A stretch of DNA of 64,000 nt from Bacteroidia bacterium (GTDB lineage Bacteria; Bacteroidota; Bacteroidia; NS11-12g; UBA9320), in contig JAEPQQ010000008.1 of NCBI GenBank assembly GCA_017640445.1, forward strand, positions 2,536 to 66,535. Direction: 5' to 3'. The notes under the pieces are model-generated. The model worked only from the letters and a program-made list of their open reading frames with translations, was not told the DNA's origin and made no database searches. A program made the translations under genes and the position numbers. This document shows positions 1-8,958 of the stretch, piece by piece. How positions within the stretch are numbered: position 1 is the stretch's first letter; the number at the start of each line of letters is the position of its first letter.

Positions 1-1
1 T

Positions 2-559
2 CTTGCCGATCTGATTGAGTTCTATCCAATAAACTGGATTGAAAACTATGTGTCCGTTACCGTTACAGCATCCAGGGGGGAAGACAAGACGGTCATTAAA
101 ACCAGTGACAGCCGAATTACGCAGGGTATTAAGGAGTTATTTGCCGAAGTTACTCCCAATACCGATATTGAAATAGAGGTTGATTATACATCTACCAACC
201 CAATAAGTAAGGAAGTAGAATCGAATGTCTTTCGTTATTGGACAACCGTTGTGCCTCAAAAACAGGCTCAATTTGCTTACGGTAATGATAGTTTGATTAA
301 CTATCTAAGAGCTACTACAGAGTCTACTGTAAAGGAGAAATACGACGCCTACCTGGGCGAAGTCCGAATCTCATTTTTCATTTCTGATAAGGGGGTGCTA
401 AATCAGGTTAGAACAACCAAATCTTCCGGGAATCAGGAATTTGATAACTACCTGATGGAAGCACTACAAACAATGCCGGAATGGACACCAGCGACATCTG
501 AAAATGGGAAATCCGTGGAACAGGAATTCGAGTTTGTACTGACCTTGAACAACTGCTAA
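2..559 (+). CDS. TonB C-terminal domain protein (energy transducer TonB-like), 5'-truncated by the window edge
   Basis: Frame is open from base 2. C-terminus GEVRISFFISDKGVLNQVRTTKSSG...MPEWTPATSENGKSV...F.F fits the TonB_C pattern. Confidence 0.75.
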   Translation, partial: LADLIEFYPINWIENYVSVTVTASRGEDKTVIKTSDSRITQGIKELFAEVTPNTDIEIEVDYTSTNPISKEVESNVFRYWTTVVPQKQAQFAYGNDSLINYLRATTESTVKEKYDAYLGEVRISFFISDKGVLNQVRTTKSSGNQEFDNYLMEALQTMPEWTPATSENGKSVEQEFEFVLTLNNC

Positions 560-582
560 ATACCACAATTCTTTAACCTGTT

Positions 583-615
583 AGAGGCTGTACTTTTGTA
601 CGGCCTCTTTGTTTA
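583..615 (+). terminator. Rho-independent terminator
   Basis: AGAGGCTGTAC-TTTT-GTACGGCCTCT hairpin followed by a T-rich tail, just after the stop at 559. Confidence 0.75.
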
Positions 616-652
616 TCTAACATCACCTTGTCGGGTTATTCTATAGCGCTAA

Positions 653-705
653 TTAACCGTTTACCTGTTCATGTTAACCACTCGATTTTAAAATATCAAC
701 GGTTA
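653..705 (+). promoter_or_regulatory. Putative direct-repeat operator (LytTR-like) upstream of the S8 protease
   Basis: TTAACCG (653), TTAACCA (674) and TCAACGG (696) recur at a 21-22 bp period. Confidence 0.35.
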
Positions 706-852
706 CTTACACATGGTTGGGGTTGTTAAATAACAAGTGCAGTTTTGTGACTGCATTTAACCAAACGAAGCCAATTCTTCCTGTTTCAGGAGGTCATGTG
801 GTGCAGCATTGGTGCAATGCTTTCAATAGTTACATAAAAAACATCACAAATC

Positions 853-3800
853 ATGAAACAAACACTAACAACATTTTTGCTCCTCATGACAGTCTTACTT
901 CATGCTGGAGTTTACGCTCAGGTCATCCGTGTAGATACGGGGCCGTCGGATTCCTCCGAACAGTTTAGTAGGAATCGCGTACTGTTAAGACTCAAGGTGG
1001 ATTACCACAAATCAAGAAGCTCTAGGGAGCGAGAAATCCACGAGCACAGTGATGAACTTCGTACTTATCTTAGTAAACAGGGCAAGCTGTTTGAGTTGAC
1101 ACCTATGCTTACCAGAATTTCGGAAAAAGAAGAACGATTTGAGGGGTACTTTCTTTTAAAACTCGAGCAGCCCGACAATTCGAATGTATTAATTGAGAAT
1201 CTGTCTTCTTTGGAATATGTTGACTGGGCAGCATTCGATGGTATTGCACATACATCAACCAGCCCACCTAATGACGCTCTTCGTGGAAGTCAGGACACTT
1301 ACTTAACGGCGATAGATGCCTTTGATGCCTGGTCGAATCAACTTGGCTCGAGCGATGTGGTAGTAGCCATTATTGACAATGGAGTGCAATACACGCATCC
1401 GGATCTTTCCGCAAACGTATACATCAACTCAGGAGAAATTGATGGTAACGGTATTGATGATGATGGCAATGGCTATGATGATGATTACCATGGATATGAC
1501 GTTGCTGACGACGATGGCGATGCAAAGCCACCAGCCACGGCAAATTCTACGTACTATCGTCATGGTACTCATGTTGCCGGAATTGTGGGTGCTAGCACAA
1601 ATAATGGCCCTGGAATCTCAGGGATCGGGTATAATGTGTCATATCTACCTATCAAGGCAACTGAAGATCTAACACTCGATCCAACCGGGTTATACCTCAG
1701 TGATGTATTTAAGGCCATTGAGTATGCCATTGTTATGAAGGTTGATGTCATTAACATGTCTTTCGGGAGCTATTATACAACCGGATTTCCAGTAGCCTTG
1801 TACGGAGAATTGGTCGATTATGCCAGCTCGAATAACATTGTTGTAGTGGCTGCTGCTGGAAATCTCAATACTTCCAATGAGTCTTGGCCAGCTGCGTTTG
1901 GAGAGGTAATACAGGTTGGGGCAACCACACCTGATGGAACCGCGAAGGCTTCCTTTTCGGATTACCGCATAACACTTGATGTATGGGCTCCAGGCGTTTC
2001 TATGTTAAGTACTGTTCCAGGCGGAGCTTATGTTTCTATGGATGGAACTTCCATGGCAGCCCCGGTGGTTTCGGGTTTGGCTGCTCTGTTGAAGAGTAAG
2101 AATCGGTTTTTGACAGTTGAAGAAATAAAAAGCTGTATCTACAGCACTGCAGTGCCACTTACAACTTATGCCCCTGCAGGACTACATCAAATTGGTCATG
2201 GCCTTATTCAAATGGAGGCGGCCCTTAACTGTGTGCCGGCTCCTGTATTTGCTGGAGACTTTTCGTCTAATTTTCAAACGGTTTGCACGGATCAGGTTAT
2301 CCAATTTCAGTTCCTTCAGACTGGCGGAAACGAAGACCCTACTAGTTGGACGTGGACCGTTACAGGTAATGGCGTTTCACAAATCTATACAACTGAGCAT
2401 CCATCTATGAGTTTCAGTACCACTGGTAAGTATACGATAAAGTTGGAGGTTTCCGATGGAACCAATACGCTGACCATTGAAAAAGACGAATATATCAAAG
2501 TAGTTAATCCTGCTGATTACGTTATTTTTAGTGGCCTTGAAGACAATCATTGGGTAAGTGGAAACAAATTCCATGTTGAGTTCGACCAACACCACCGAGT
2601 GGTTAACGAATATGATGACAACACCTTTGGTAAGGGCCAAAAGTTCGAACCGAGTGCTACTATATCCAACCAGGACGGGAATCTTTTGTTCTACACTCGA
2701 GAACACCACCAAGATTGGGACCCGGGTTACAATAACATTGAAATGGTTCGATTAAAAATCAACAATCGGCACCACAGGGAAATGCAGAATAGTCATGACC
2801 TTAAGGGGTCGTACACGGCCACCAACGGAGCGTTGATTGTACCCATACCCAATACATGTAACGAGCGATACATTTTGTTTCACATCAATAATAGAAAGGA
2901 CTTACCTGCCTATAACCCGGACCCCATTGATTTATATTATTCCATAATCGACATGTCTCTTGATGATGGGCTGGGTGGAATAGATCCAGCATTTAAAAAC
3001 GTTTTATTGCTGGAAGACGTAACGGAGCGGCTGGATGCTACGTTTGCGTGTGATGGCAGTATTTGGGTGGCTACACACAAGTTCCGGTCAGATCAGTTTG
3101 TGGTATATCCGGTTAACAACAACCCCAACAACCCACTTGTGCCAAGCGGAACACGTGCTTATATCGGCCAGCCCGTTACAACAAGCATTGGGTCTATACA
3201 TGGGGATGCGCCCAGTTACTCTTCCTATCAACGAATTGGGGAGTTGGATTTCTCTCCGGATGGCTCCAAGATCGCGGTAGCATTGCATGAGTCAAGTCAT
3301 GTTGAGGTGTTTGACTTTGATAATACCACCGGGACTTTGTCGAATTACATTGATTTGGGACCACACGTGAATACGGTGGTTACACCTCCACCGTCGAATG
3401 CATATTCTGCATATGGATTAGCGTTTTCCCCCAATAATCAATATCTGTACGTCTCAAATCCCACCTTTGTGTTTCAACATGACTTAGCCTCGGCTACTCC
3501 GGCAAACGCAACAAAATTGACAGGTGGTGAAAGACCCTATTGGCAAATGGAACTTAGCCCGTTTGGTACCGTTGTAGTGGCGGGGGGTATCAACGGCAAC
3601 CGTTATAACGAAATCCAACAGCCTGATAATCCAGCAGCTACGAGCTCTTTGGTCGGAGTGTCGGGTGCAGGACTTGGTCGTGCCGATGTGGGGCTTCCCA
3701 ATAACTTTATTAGTAGTTCTTTTTTGAGCAACCTCAGCAATGCGACCTACTTGTATGAAAAGTGCCCAGAGGTTGAAACGGTTAACCTACAGGCTTCCTA

Positions 3801-6768
3801 TCTTGGAGCTAACGATTACAGGTGGAGCACAGGTGAGACCACAGGGTCTATTATCATTTCAGAATATGACGAATATACGGTAACCTATACAGATGTGAAT
3901 AACTGTGTTCAGATTGAAACATACATTGTCAAAGAACGTATAACAGACCTATTGGTTGATCTGGGACCAAACGTGGAGCCTGAGGACTGTGTGTTCCCAA
4001 TTACCTTGGAGCCGACCATCATCACCGGATATGCACCAAGTACGTTGCAATTCTTGTGGTCAACAGGTGAAACAACGGAGACCATAGATTTGGATGAGGT
4101 GGACTTTCCGGGTAAGACCATTCGGTTGACCGTTACGGCTCCTAACGGTTGTAAGGTTGAAAGCAAGGTCTATGTTTCAACTATTAACTGTTGCTACTTG
4201 AGTCAGGATGGCACGTACGAATTAAGTTTAGACCCCACTGTTGAGGAAGAATTTGTGTGTCTGCGAAAATATAGTGATGCTTCATTTACAGGTACAATTA
4301 CCCTCAACAAAGTTTCTACTGGTGGATTCAACCTCACTTGGATAACGGAACAAGGGGCGGTGACCAAGGTAAAGGAGTTTACACACGTTGATGATCAGGT
4401 GATCAACCCAAGTGATTTCATTGTTGATCGCGATGACAACTCTCTGGTTGTAATCGGCAATGTGGAGTACGATTATGGCACTATAATCGGTAATCAACAA
4501 TACAGTTCCATAGTATTAAAATATGATGCCGAAAACGATCAGATCGTCTGGAAAAAAGGATATGTAGCAGAAGATTTCGAGTTTGGTTCGCCAGGGGGTA
4601 GAACTTTCTATACCAGCGTTAGTATTGATCAATCCAAGGATGAGAGTGGAGGCTATGACGGCTATGTGATTGGTGGGGCCATCAATATTGCCAAATGGAG
4701 GAACCTGGCTGATCATGGTCAAGGTATCGATGCCGCTAATTGGGACGCCTTGGTGTACAAGATAGATCCGGTTGGAAACTTGTTGTGGCATAGAGTTTTG
4801 AGTCCAAAGGCGCACCCAAAAGCCGAAACGGACGAATCCTATAGTACCGTGGTAGAGCTTATTTACTTTGAAGAAGTAATAAGCCCTCAACAGGTTTATC
4901 CAGGAGGATATCTGGTTTTTGTAGAGCAGACGATTCATAATTTAGGATCTCCGACCTCCGCCATATTCAAGGGTTTTGCCTTCAAGTTGGACCTTGATGG
5001 TGCACTTCCAGCGGCTATGTTCGACTTAGATGAAGACGTCATAACTTCCGTGGAGCAACTGTTTGATGCAAACGGCGTCCCTGAAGGTTTTCTTTTTGCC
5101 GGAACGAGTACCGCTGGAGACTACATGGTGCCATCTGGGCTCTTCGTCGGCACTACGGGGACAACAGTCTATAAAACCGATATGGATTTGGTACCTACCA
5201 GGACATTAAAGTTTCCATCTTCTTATGGTATTGGAATTCGCACTATTCCCAACGGGAATTATAAGCTACTAAGCGCCCTTCCTTATCAGAATGATCAAGT
5301 GGTTTATTCTATGATCGAATTGAATAACAACTTGGATGAAGTGTTTTCGTATAATTATGAAAAGGGAATAAGTGGCACTATAAGACCTTTCTTTGTTGAT
5401 GGGATAGAGGTGGTCCAGTCGGTTTATAACGGACTGGAAACAAATGGCAATGATGTTTATATCTGCCACCAGAAAGACGATGGGAGTTATGCAATCCGTA
5501 CCAATCTTACCAGCAATACAAGATGCGAATCAGTAGTGGACTATTGCCTAGAGGGAACGACCGTAAACGCGTTCCCCCAAATTGGTTTCACCGTCCCGAG
5601 TTATGATTTTTATTCTGAATCTACGCAAATTGGGATGGCTACCGTTGGCAAGCCAGCACAAAAGTGTTGCGACAAACTGGAACAAACATCTGATGAGATG
5701 TCGGCTTCTTGCGATATGACACCTGACTACTCTTTTGACAACTGCGGTTTGGTCTATAGTTTCACTGCGGATGTAATCAATGTTAATGGTATTAATTATA
5801 AATGGACGATCGATGGAGATGAGTTTACAGGTAGGTCAGTCAACTACGAGTTCACTGAAAACGGTTCCTACACCGTCTGTCTGGAAGTGACATATCCACT
5901 GTTCTGCGAAACATGCACGCTAACTAATTGTGAAACAATTGTTGTTGACGTTGAGGAAGAAACACTCGACTACACAACCTGTGATCCGGGTGTTTGGTTT
6001 AATCCATGTGACCTTTACCCCGAACTTGACCATTACGAGGTGTCAAGTAGCACGCACGCAGGTTATGATTATGATTCTGAGGATGGCTATTATGATAACG
6101 GTACACACATCTTCGGCTGTATCCATCATAATCTACTAGTAGGAGGTACGTTTACGTTCGAACTATATGACGAGGATGATTGTCTCTACAAGATTGTAAC
6201 CGTTAATGTACACCCTGGGGTTGCGACTCTCCACACAATGGATTACGTTTTATGTCCATTAGATTGCATCCTGTTTGACCCTGCCTCAGTGGTACACTGT
6301 CAACCGGCCACAGGTCCTGTTTTGTTTACATTCGGCTCAACCATTACAGACCTGTCTCTGGCGCCTCAGTTGGTTTGTCATCCATTGTCTGGCCCATATC
6401 AGATAGATGTAACACTACCTAACGGCTGTCCATGTACTGTTACTGGTAATATAACATCTCTTGAAAATTGTGAGGGAGTTGCCGAGCCGGATGACTTGTC
6501 CAATACTAACGAGGGAGTTTTGAATCAAGAAGTCTTGATTTTTCCGAACCCAGCGTCAGAATCGTTTGAAGTACAGCTGCAATCGGAGGAGTACGTTCGC
6601 TCCATTCGAATATTCGACAATACCGGCAAACTGGTGGATAGTCATGAAGTTATGTCCAGTGTTCAGCGCGTACCGCTAACACTGAAGAACATGGCTGAAG
6701 GCCTTTACCAGGTAGAAGTAATCCTAAACGATCGACAAGTTAGAAAAACCCTGTTAATCAGTAAGTAA
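853..6768 (+). CDS. S8 (subtilisin-like) serine peptidase with PKD, beta-propeller and Cys-rich regions and a T9SS type A CTD
   Basis: Signal peptide. Catalytic motifs VAIIDNGV, HGTHVAGIVG, AAAGN and GTSMAAPVVSG. PKD-like segments. C-terminal IFPNPA...IFDNTGKLV...GLYQVEV...KTLLISK. Confidence 0.9.
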   Translation: MKQTLTTFLLLMTVLLHAGVYAQVIRVDTGPSDSSEQFSRNRVLLRLKVDYHKSRSSREREIHEHSDELRTYLSKQGKLFELTPMLTRISEKEERFEGYFLLKLEQPDNSNVLIENLSSLEYVDWAAFDGIAHTSTSPPNDALRGSQDTYLTAIDAFDAWSNQLGSSDVVVAIIDNGVQYTHPDLSANVYINSGEIDGNGIDDDGNGYDDDYHGYDVADDDGDAKPPATANSTYYRHGTHVAGIVGASTNNGPGISGIGYNVSYLPIKATEDLTLDPTGLYLSDVFKAIEYAIVMKVDVINMSFGSYYTTGFPVALYGELVDYASSNNIVVVAAAGNLNTSNESWPAAFGEVIQVGATTPDGTAKASFSDYRITLDVWAPGVSMLSTVPGGAYVSMDGTSMAAPVVSGLAALLKSKNRFLTVEEIKSCIYSTAVPLTTYAPAGLHQIGHGLIQMEAALNCVPAPVFAGDFSSNFQTVCTDQVIQFQFLQTGGNEDPTSWTWTVTGNGVSQIYTTEHPSMSFSTTGKYTIKLEVSDGTNTLTIEKDEYIKVVNPADYVIFSGLEDNHWVSGNKFHVEFDQHHRVVNEYDDNTFGKGQKFEPSATISNQDGNLLFYTREHHQDWDPGYNNIEMVRLKINNRHHREMQNSHDLKGSYTATNGALIVPIPNTCNERYILFHINNRKDLPAYNPDPIDLYYSIIDMSLDDGLGGIDPAFKNVLLLEDVTERLDATFACDGSIWVATHKFRSDQFVVYPVNNNPNNPLVPSGTRAYIGQPVTTSIGSIHGDAPSYSSYQRIGELDFSPDGSKIAVALHESSHVEVFDFDNTTGTLSNYIDLGPHVNTVVTPPPSNAYSAYGLAFSPNNQYLYVSNPTFVFQHDLASATPANATKLTGGERPYWQMELSPFGTVVVAGGINGNRYNEIQQPDNPAATSSLVGVSGAGLGRADVGLPNNFISSSFLSNLSNATYLYEKCPEVETVNLQASYLGANDYRWSTGETTGSIIISEYDEYTVTYTDVNNCVQIETYIVKERITDLLVDLGPNVEPEDCVFPITLEPTIITGYAPSTLQFLWSTGETTETIDLDEVDFPGKTIRLTVTAPNGCKVESKVYVSTINCCYLSQDGTYELSLDPTVEEEFVCLRKYSDASFTGTITLNKVSTGGFNLTWITEQGAVTKVKEFTHVDDQVINPSDFIVDRDDNSLVVIGNVEYDYGTIIGNQQYSSIVLKYDAENDQIVWKKGYVAEDFEFGSPGGRTFYTSVSIDQSKDESGGYDGYVIGGAINIAKWRNLADHGQGIDAANWDALVYKIDPVGNLLWHRVLSPKAHPKAETDESYSTVVELIYFEEVISPQQVYPGGYLVFVEQTIHNLGSPTSAIFKGFAFKLDLDGALPAAMFDLDEDVITSVEQLFDANGVPEGFLFAGTSTAGDYMVPSGLFVGTTGTTVYKTDMDLVPTRTLKFPSSYGIGIRTIPNGNYKLLSALPYQNDQVVYSMIELNNNLDEVFSYNYEKGISGTIRPFFVDGIEVVQSVYNGLETNGNDVYICHQKDDGSYAIRTNLTSNTRCESVVDYCLEGTTVNAFPQIGFTVPSYDFYSESTQIGMATVGKPAQKCCDKLEQTSDEMSASCDMTPDYSFDNCGLVYSFTADVINVNGINYKWTIDGDEFTGRSVNYEFTENGSYTVCLEVTYPLFCETCTLTNCETIVVDVEEETLDYTTCDPGVWFNPCDLYPELDHYEVSSSTHAGYDYDSEDGYYDNGTHIFGCIHHNLLVGGTFTFELYDEDDCLYKIVTVNVHPGVATLHTMDYVLCPLDCILFDPASVVHCQPATGPVLFTFGSTITDLSLAPQLVCHPLSGPYQIDVTLPNGCPCTVTGNITSLENCEGVAEPDDLSNTNEGVLNQEVLIFPNPASESFEVQLQSEEYVRSIRIFDNTGKLVDSHEVMSSVQRVPLTLKNMAEGLYQVEVILNDRQVRKTLLISK

Positions 6769-6794
6769 CGGAAACCGGTAATTCCAGTTCAACC

Positions 6795-6831
6795 ACAACA
6801 AAAAAGCCACCACAGGTGGCTTTTTTGTTGT
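6795..6831. terminator. Bidirectional-type intrinsic terminator
   Basis: Perfect 17-bp inverted repeat ACAACAAAAAAGCCACC-ACA-GGTGGCTTTTTTGTTGT. Confidence 0.85.
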
Positions 6832-6885
6832 TATCGGCTTTTACACGTCGTGGACATATTATATTTGGACAATCAGAGTTCCATC

Positions 6886-7326
6886 ATGAGATTATCTATA
6901 ATTTTATTTGCGTTGTTCGTTGGAACAGCATTCAACGGTATAGCACAAGATGCCTTAAAACAAACCGAAATTGTGAACGGTTCGGCCCACCTAACCGGTA
7001 GCTTTCCCTACACTAAATTTCTAAAAAAATACAAAGGTGAAAGCGACCTCGTCATTCACGTGTGGTATAATGCTACCTCCAGTAGCTTATCAAAAAAGGA
7101 AATCAAGGCAGGAGCAGATGAGATCTACTTCTTGTATGGAAGAAACCAGAAAACCGGCCTTTCGGAAATGGCATTTAAGTTTGGCTCCGGGGCCCAAAAG
7201 GCCTTTTCCAAGAAAAAGGAAGATGATTTGGTTGAGTTAATCGACTTCTTTCAGTTTGATGTGTTTCCAGAGCAAAAATTTAATAGCGCCATGGCTAGAG
7301 AAGCTCTGGATGAAGCCCTGGAGTAG
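6886..7326 (+). CDS. Hypothetical exported protein
   Basis: ATG at 6886 gives a Bacteroidota-type signal peptide (MRLSIILFALFVGTAFNGIAQ). No family recognised. Confidence 0.65.
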   Translation: MRLSIILFALFVGTAFNGIAQDALKQTEIVNGSAHLTGSFPYTKFLKKYKGESDLVIHVWYNATSSSLSKKEIKAGADEIYFLYGRNQKTGLSEMAFKFGSGAQKAFSKKKEDDLVELIDFFQFDVFPEQKFNSAMAREALDEALE

Positions 7327-7329
7327 GCC

Positions 7330-8787
7330 TTATTCCAGTAGAAGTTTTCGCGTGCCTTGCCAACCATTTCCAGTAACCGTGAGGTGGTAACAACCTGGTG
7401 CTAAACCCGATACGTTTAGGGTTTGCGTACGTGAGTCTGTGTCCATATGAGCTTCTCCAACAATTTGACCTCTTAGGTCGGTTATACGAACTAAATGGAA
7501 GCCGTGTTCGGTGTTTATATGTACACGCCCAGAAGTTGGGTTCGGGTGTATTGAGAAACGCCATTCTTCATGCTCATTTACACCTAGGTTGAAGAATCGT
7601 ACAGAATCGATGTTCGAGCTTCCAACGTCTTGACCTGTTGAGTCAATTCCAGTCACGTAATAGTAGTATAAACCAGTGGAGTTGATGGAGGTGTCCAGGT
7701 AATTCTGATGGAATGGACCAATTTCAGCGACCCGCTTAAAGTCACTGGTGGCTTTGGAGTCTTTGCTGCGATACACCTGGTAACGTTCCAACCTGTTTTC
7801 ACACGAAGACCATTGAACCAGGCTTTCGAAGTGCGAAAATTCAGTAGCAACCAACTTGTTAGGGGTGTTCCCATCAAAATCCGGGGAACAAACAAATGCA
7901 TGCACAAGAACGTCAACAATCTGGCTCGATAACTCTATACCATTACGATACTCGGTTACCTTGTAGGTTACGTAATAGGCACCTGGTTCAACAACGGTAA
8001 TTTTGAGCAGGTTCGAGTCAACCACTGCAATGGAATTGCCTGGTTTAGAGCCAAAAGGACTTACGTGGCTAAAGCCTGAGACATAGTCAACCAATTCTGG
8101 GGTTATCGCTTTTAAAGGCGGTGTTGGTTTCGACAGGGTGGCACTCAAAGTGGCTCCACCTTTAATCGGTTCGGCAAGGGCCACTACAACGGAGTCTCCG
8201 TCGGGATCTAAGACGGTGGTTCCAAGTACGCTTGGGCGTCCGGTACAAACGCCACGCACAAAACTGTTCACCCTGGGTGAGGAGTTTTGTAGTGTAAAGT
8301 TAGGAATGACTGTTTGAAAAAAGATTGGGGTGATAGGAGTTGTTTTGACTGGTGCAGGCAGGTTACGGGAAATGGTCTTACAACAACGATCCCAGTTTAG
8401 CGTATACCCGGCAGGGTAATGCGGCAACGCAATTTTTTTTCTATAGATGCCTTGTTCAAACCGCTTATCTGAATTGCTCGCCAGTATGCAGCTCGGTGTA
8501 ATTCTAATCCATTGGGTTAGAGGAATACTCAGAATGACATGTCGCCTCCGATCCGAGTTGTTGAGATATACTCCAATTTCCACCTCCTCGTCAAACTCTA
8601 CTTCTGAGTTACTGTTATCACGAATCACAGTTAGCGTAACTTCGTAAACATTGGAGTCGCCTTTCTCTTCTATAAACCGATAAGTCAAATCACCACCAAC
8701 CAGGTGGGTTGCAAAAAGCAAGGATTGGGCGGAGAGGAAGCCCACAATGGTAAAAAGTAGTTTGATAAAGGCGCTATAGTTTCTCAT
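7330..8787 (-). CDS. T9SS type A sorting-domain protein with an ATHLVGGDLTY-type N-terminal domain and an FN3-like domain
   Basis: Signal peptide followed by ATHLVGGDLTY...YEVTLTVIRD; DPDGDSVV; FN3-like YQVYRS...YLD...YYYYVTGID; C-terminal IHPNPT...DLRGQ...GCYHL...KLLLE. Confidence 0.8.
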   Translation of the reverse strand: MRNYSAFIKLLFTIVGFLSAQSLLFATHLVGGDLTYRFIEEKGDSNVYEVTLTVIRDNSNSEVEFDEEVEIGVYLNNSDRRRHVILSIPLTQWIRITPSCILASNSDKRFEQGIYRKKIALPHYPAGYTLNWDRCCKTISRNLPAPVKTTPITPIFFQTVIPNFTLQNSSPRVNSFVRGVCTGRPSVLGTTVLDPDGDSVVVALAEPIKGGATLSATLSKPTPPLKAITPELVDYVSGFSHVSPFGSKPGNSIAVVDSNLLKITVVEPGAYYVTYKVTEYRNGIELSSQIVDVLVHAFVCSPDFDGNTPNKLVATEFSHFESLVQWSSCENRLERYQVYRSKDSKATSDFKRVAEIGPFHQNYLDTSINSTGLYYYYVTGIDSTGQDVGSSNIDSVRFFNLGVNEHEEWRFSIHPNPTSGRVHINTEHGFHLVRITDLRGQIVGEAHMDTDSRTQTLNVSGLAPGCYHLTVTGNGWQGTRKLLLE

Positions 8788-8958
8788 GACAAGCAAATTT
8801 AGTCATGTAGAGGACGTGGTTTAGATGTATCCACTTAATGGCGGGTTTGGTCATGTAAACGGTTGAATTTACACCAGAGGCTACCTTCTTGTGAAACAAT
8901 TCTTGTATTCAGGTAGTTTCGGAAGACCCGGCCTGATCAAATACGAATCCAACAAAGC

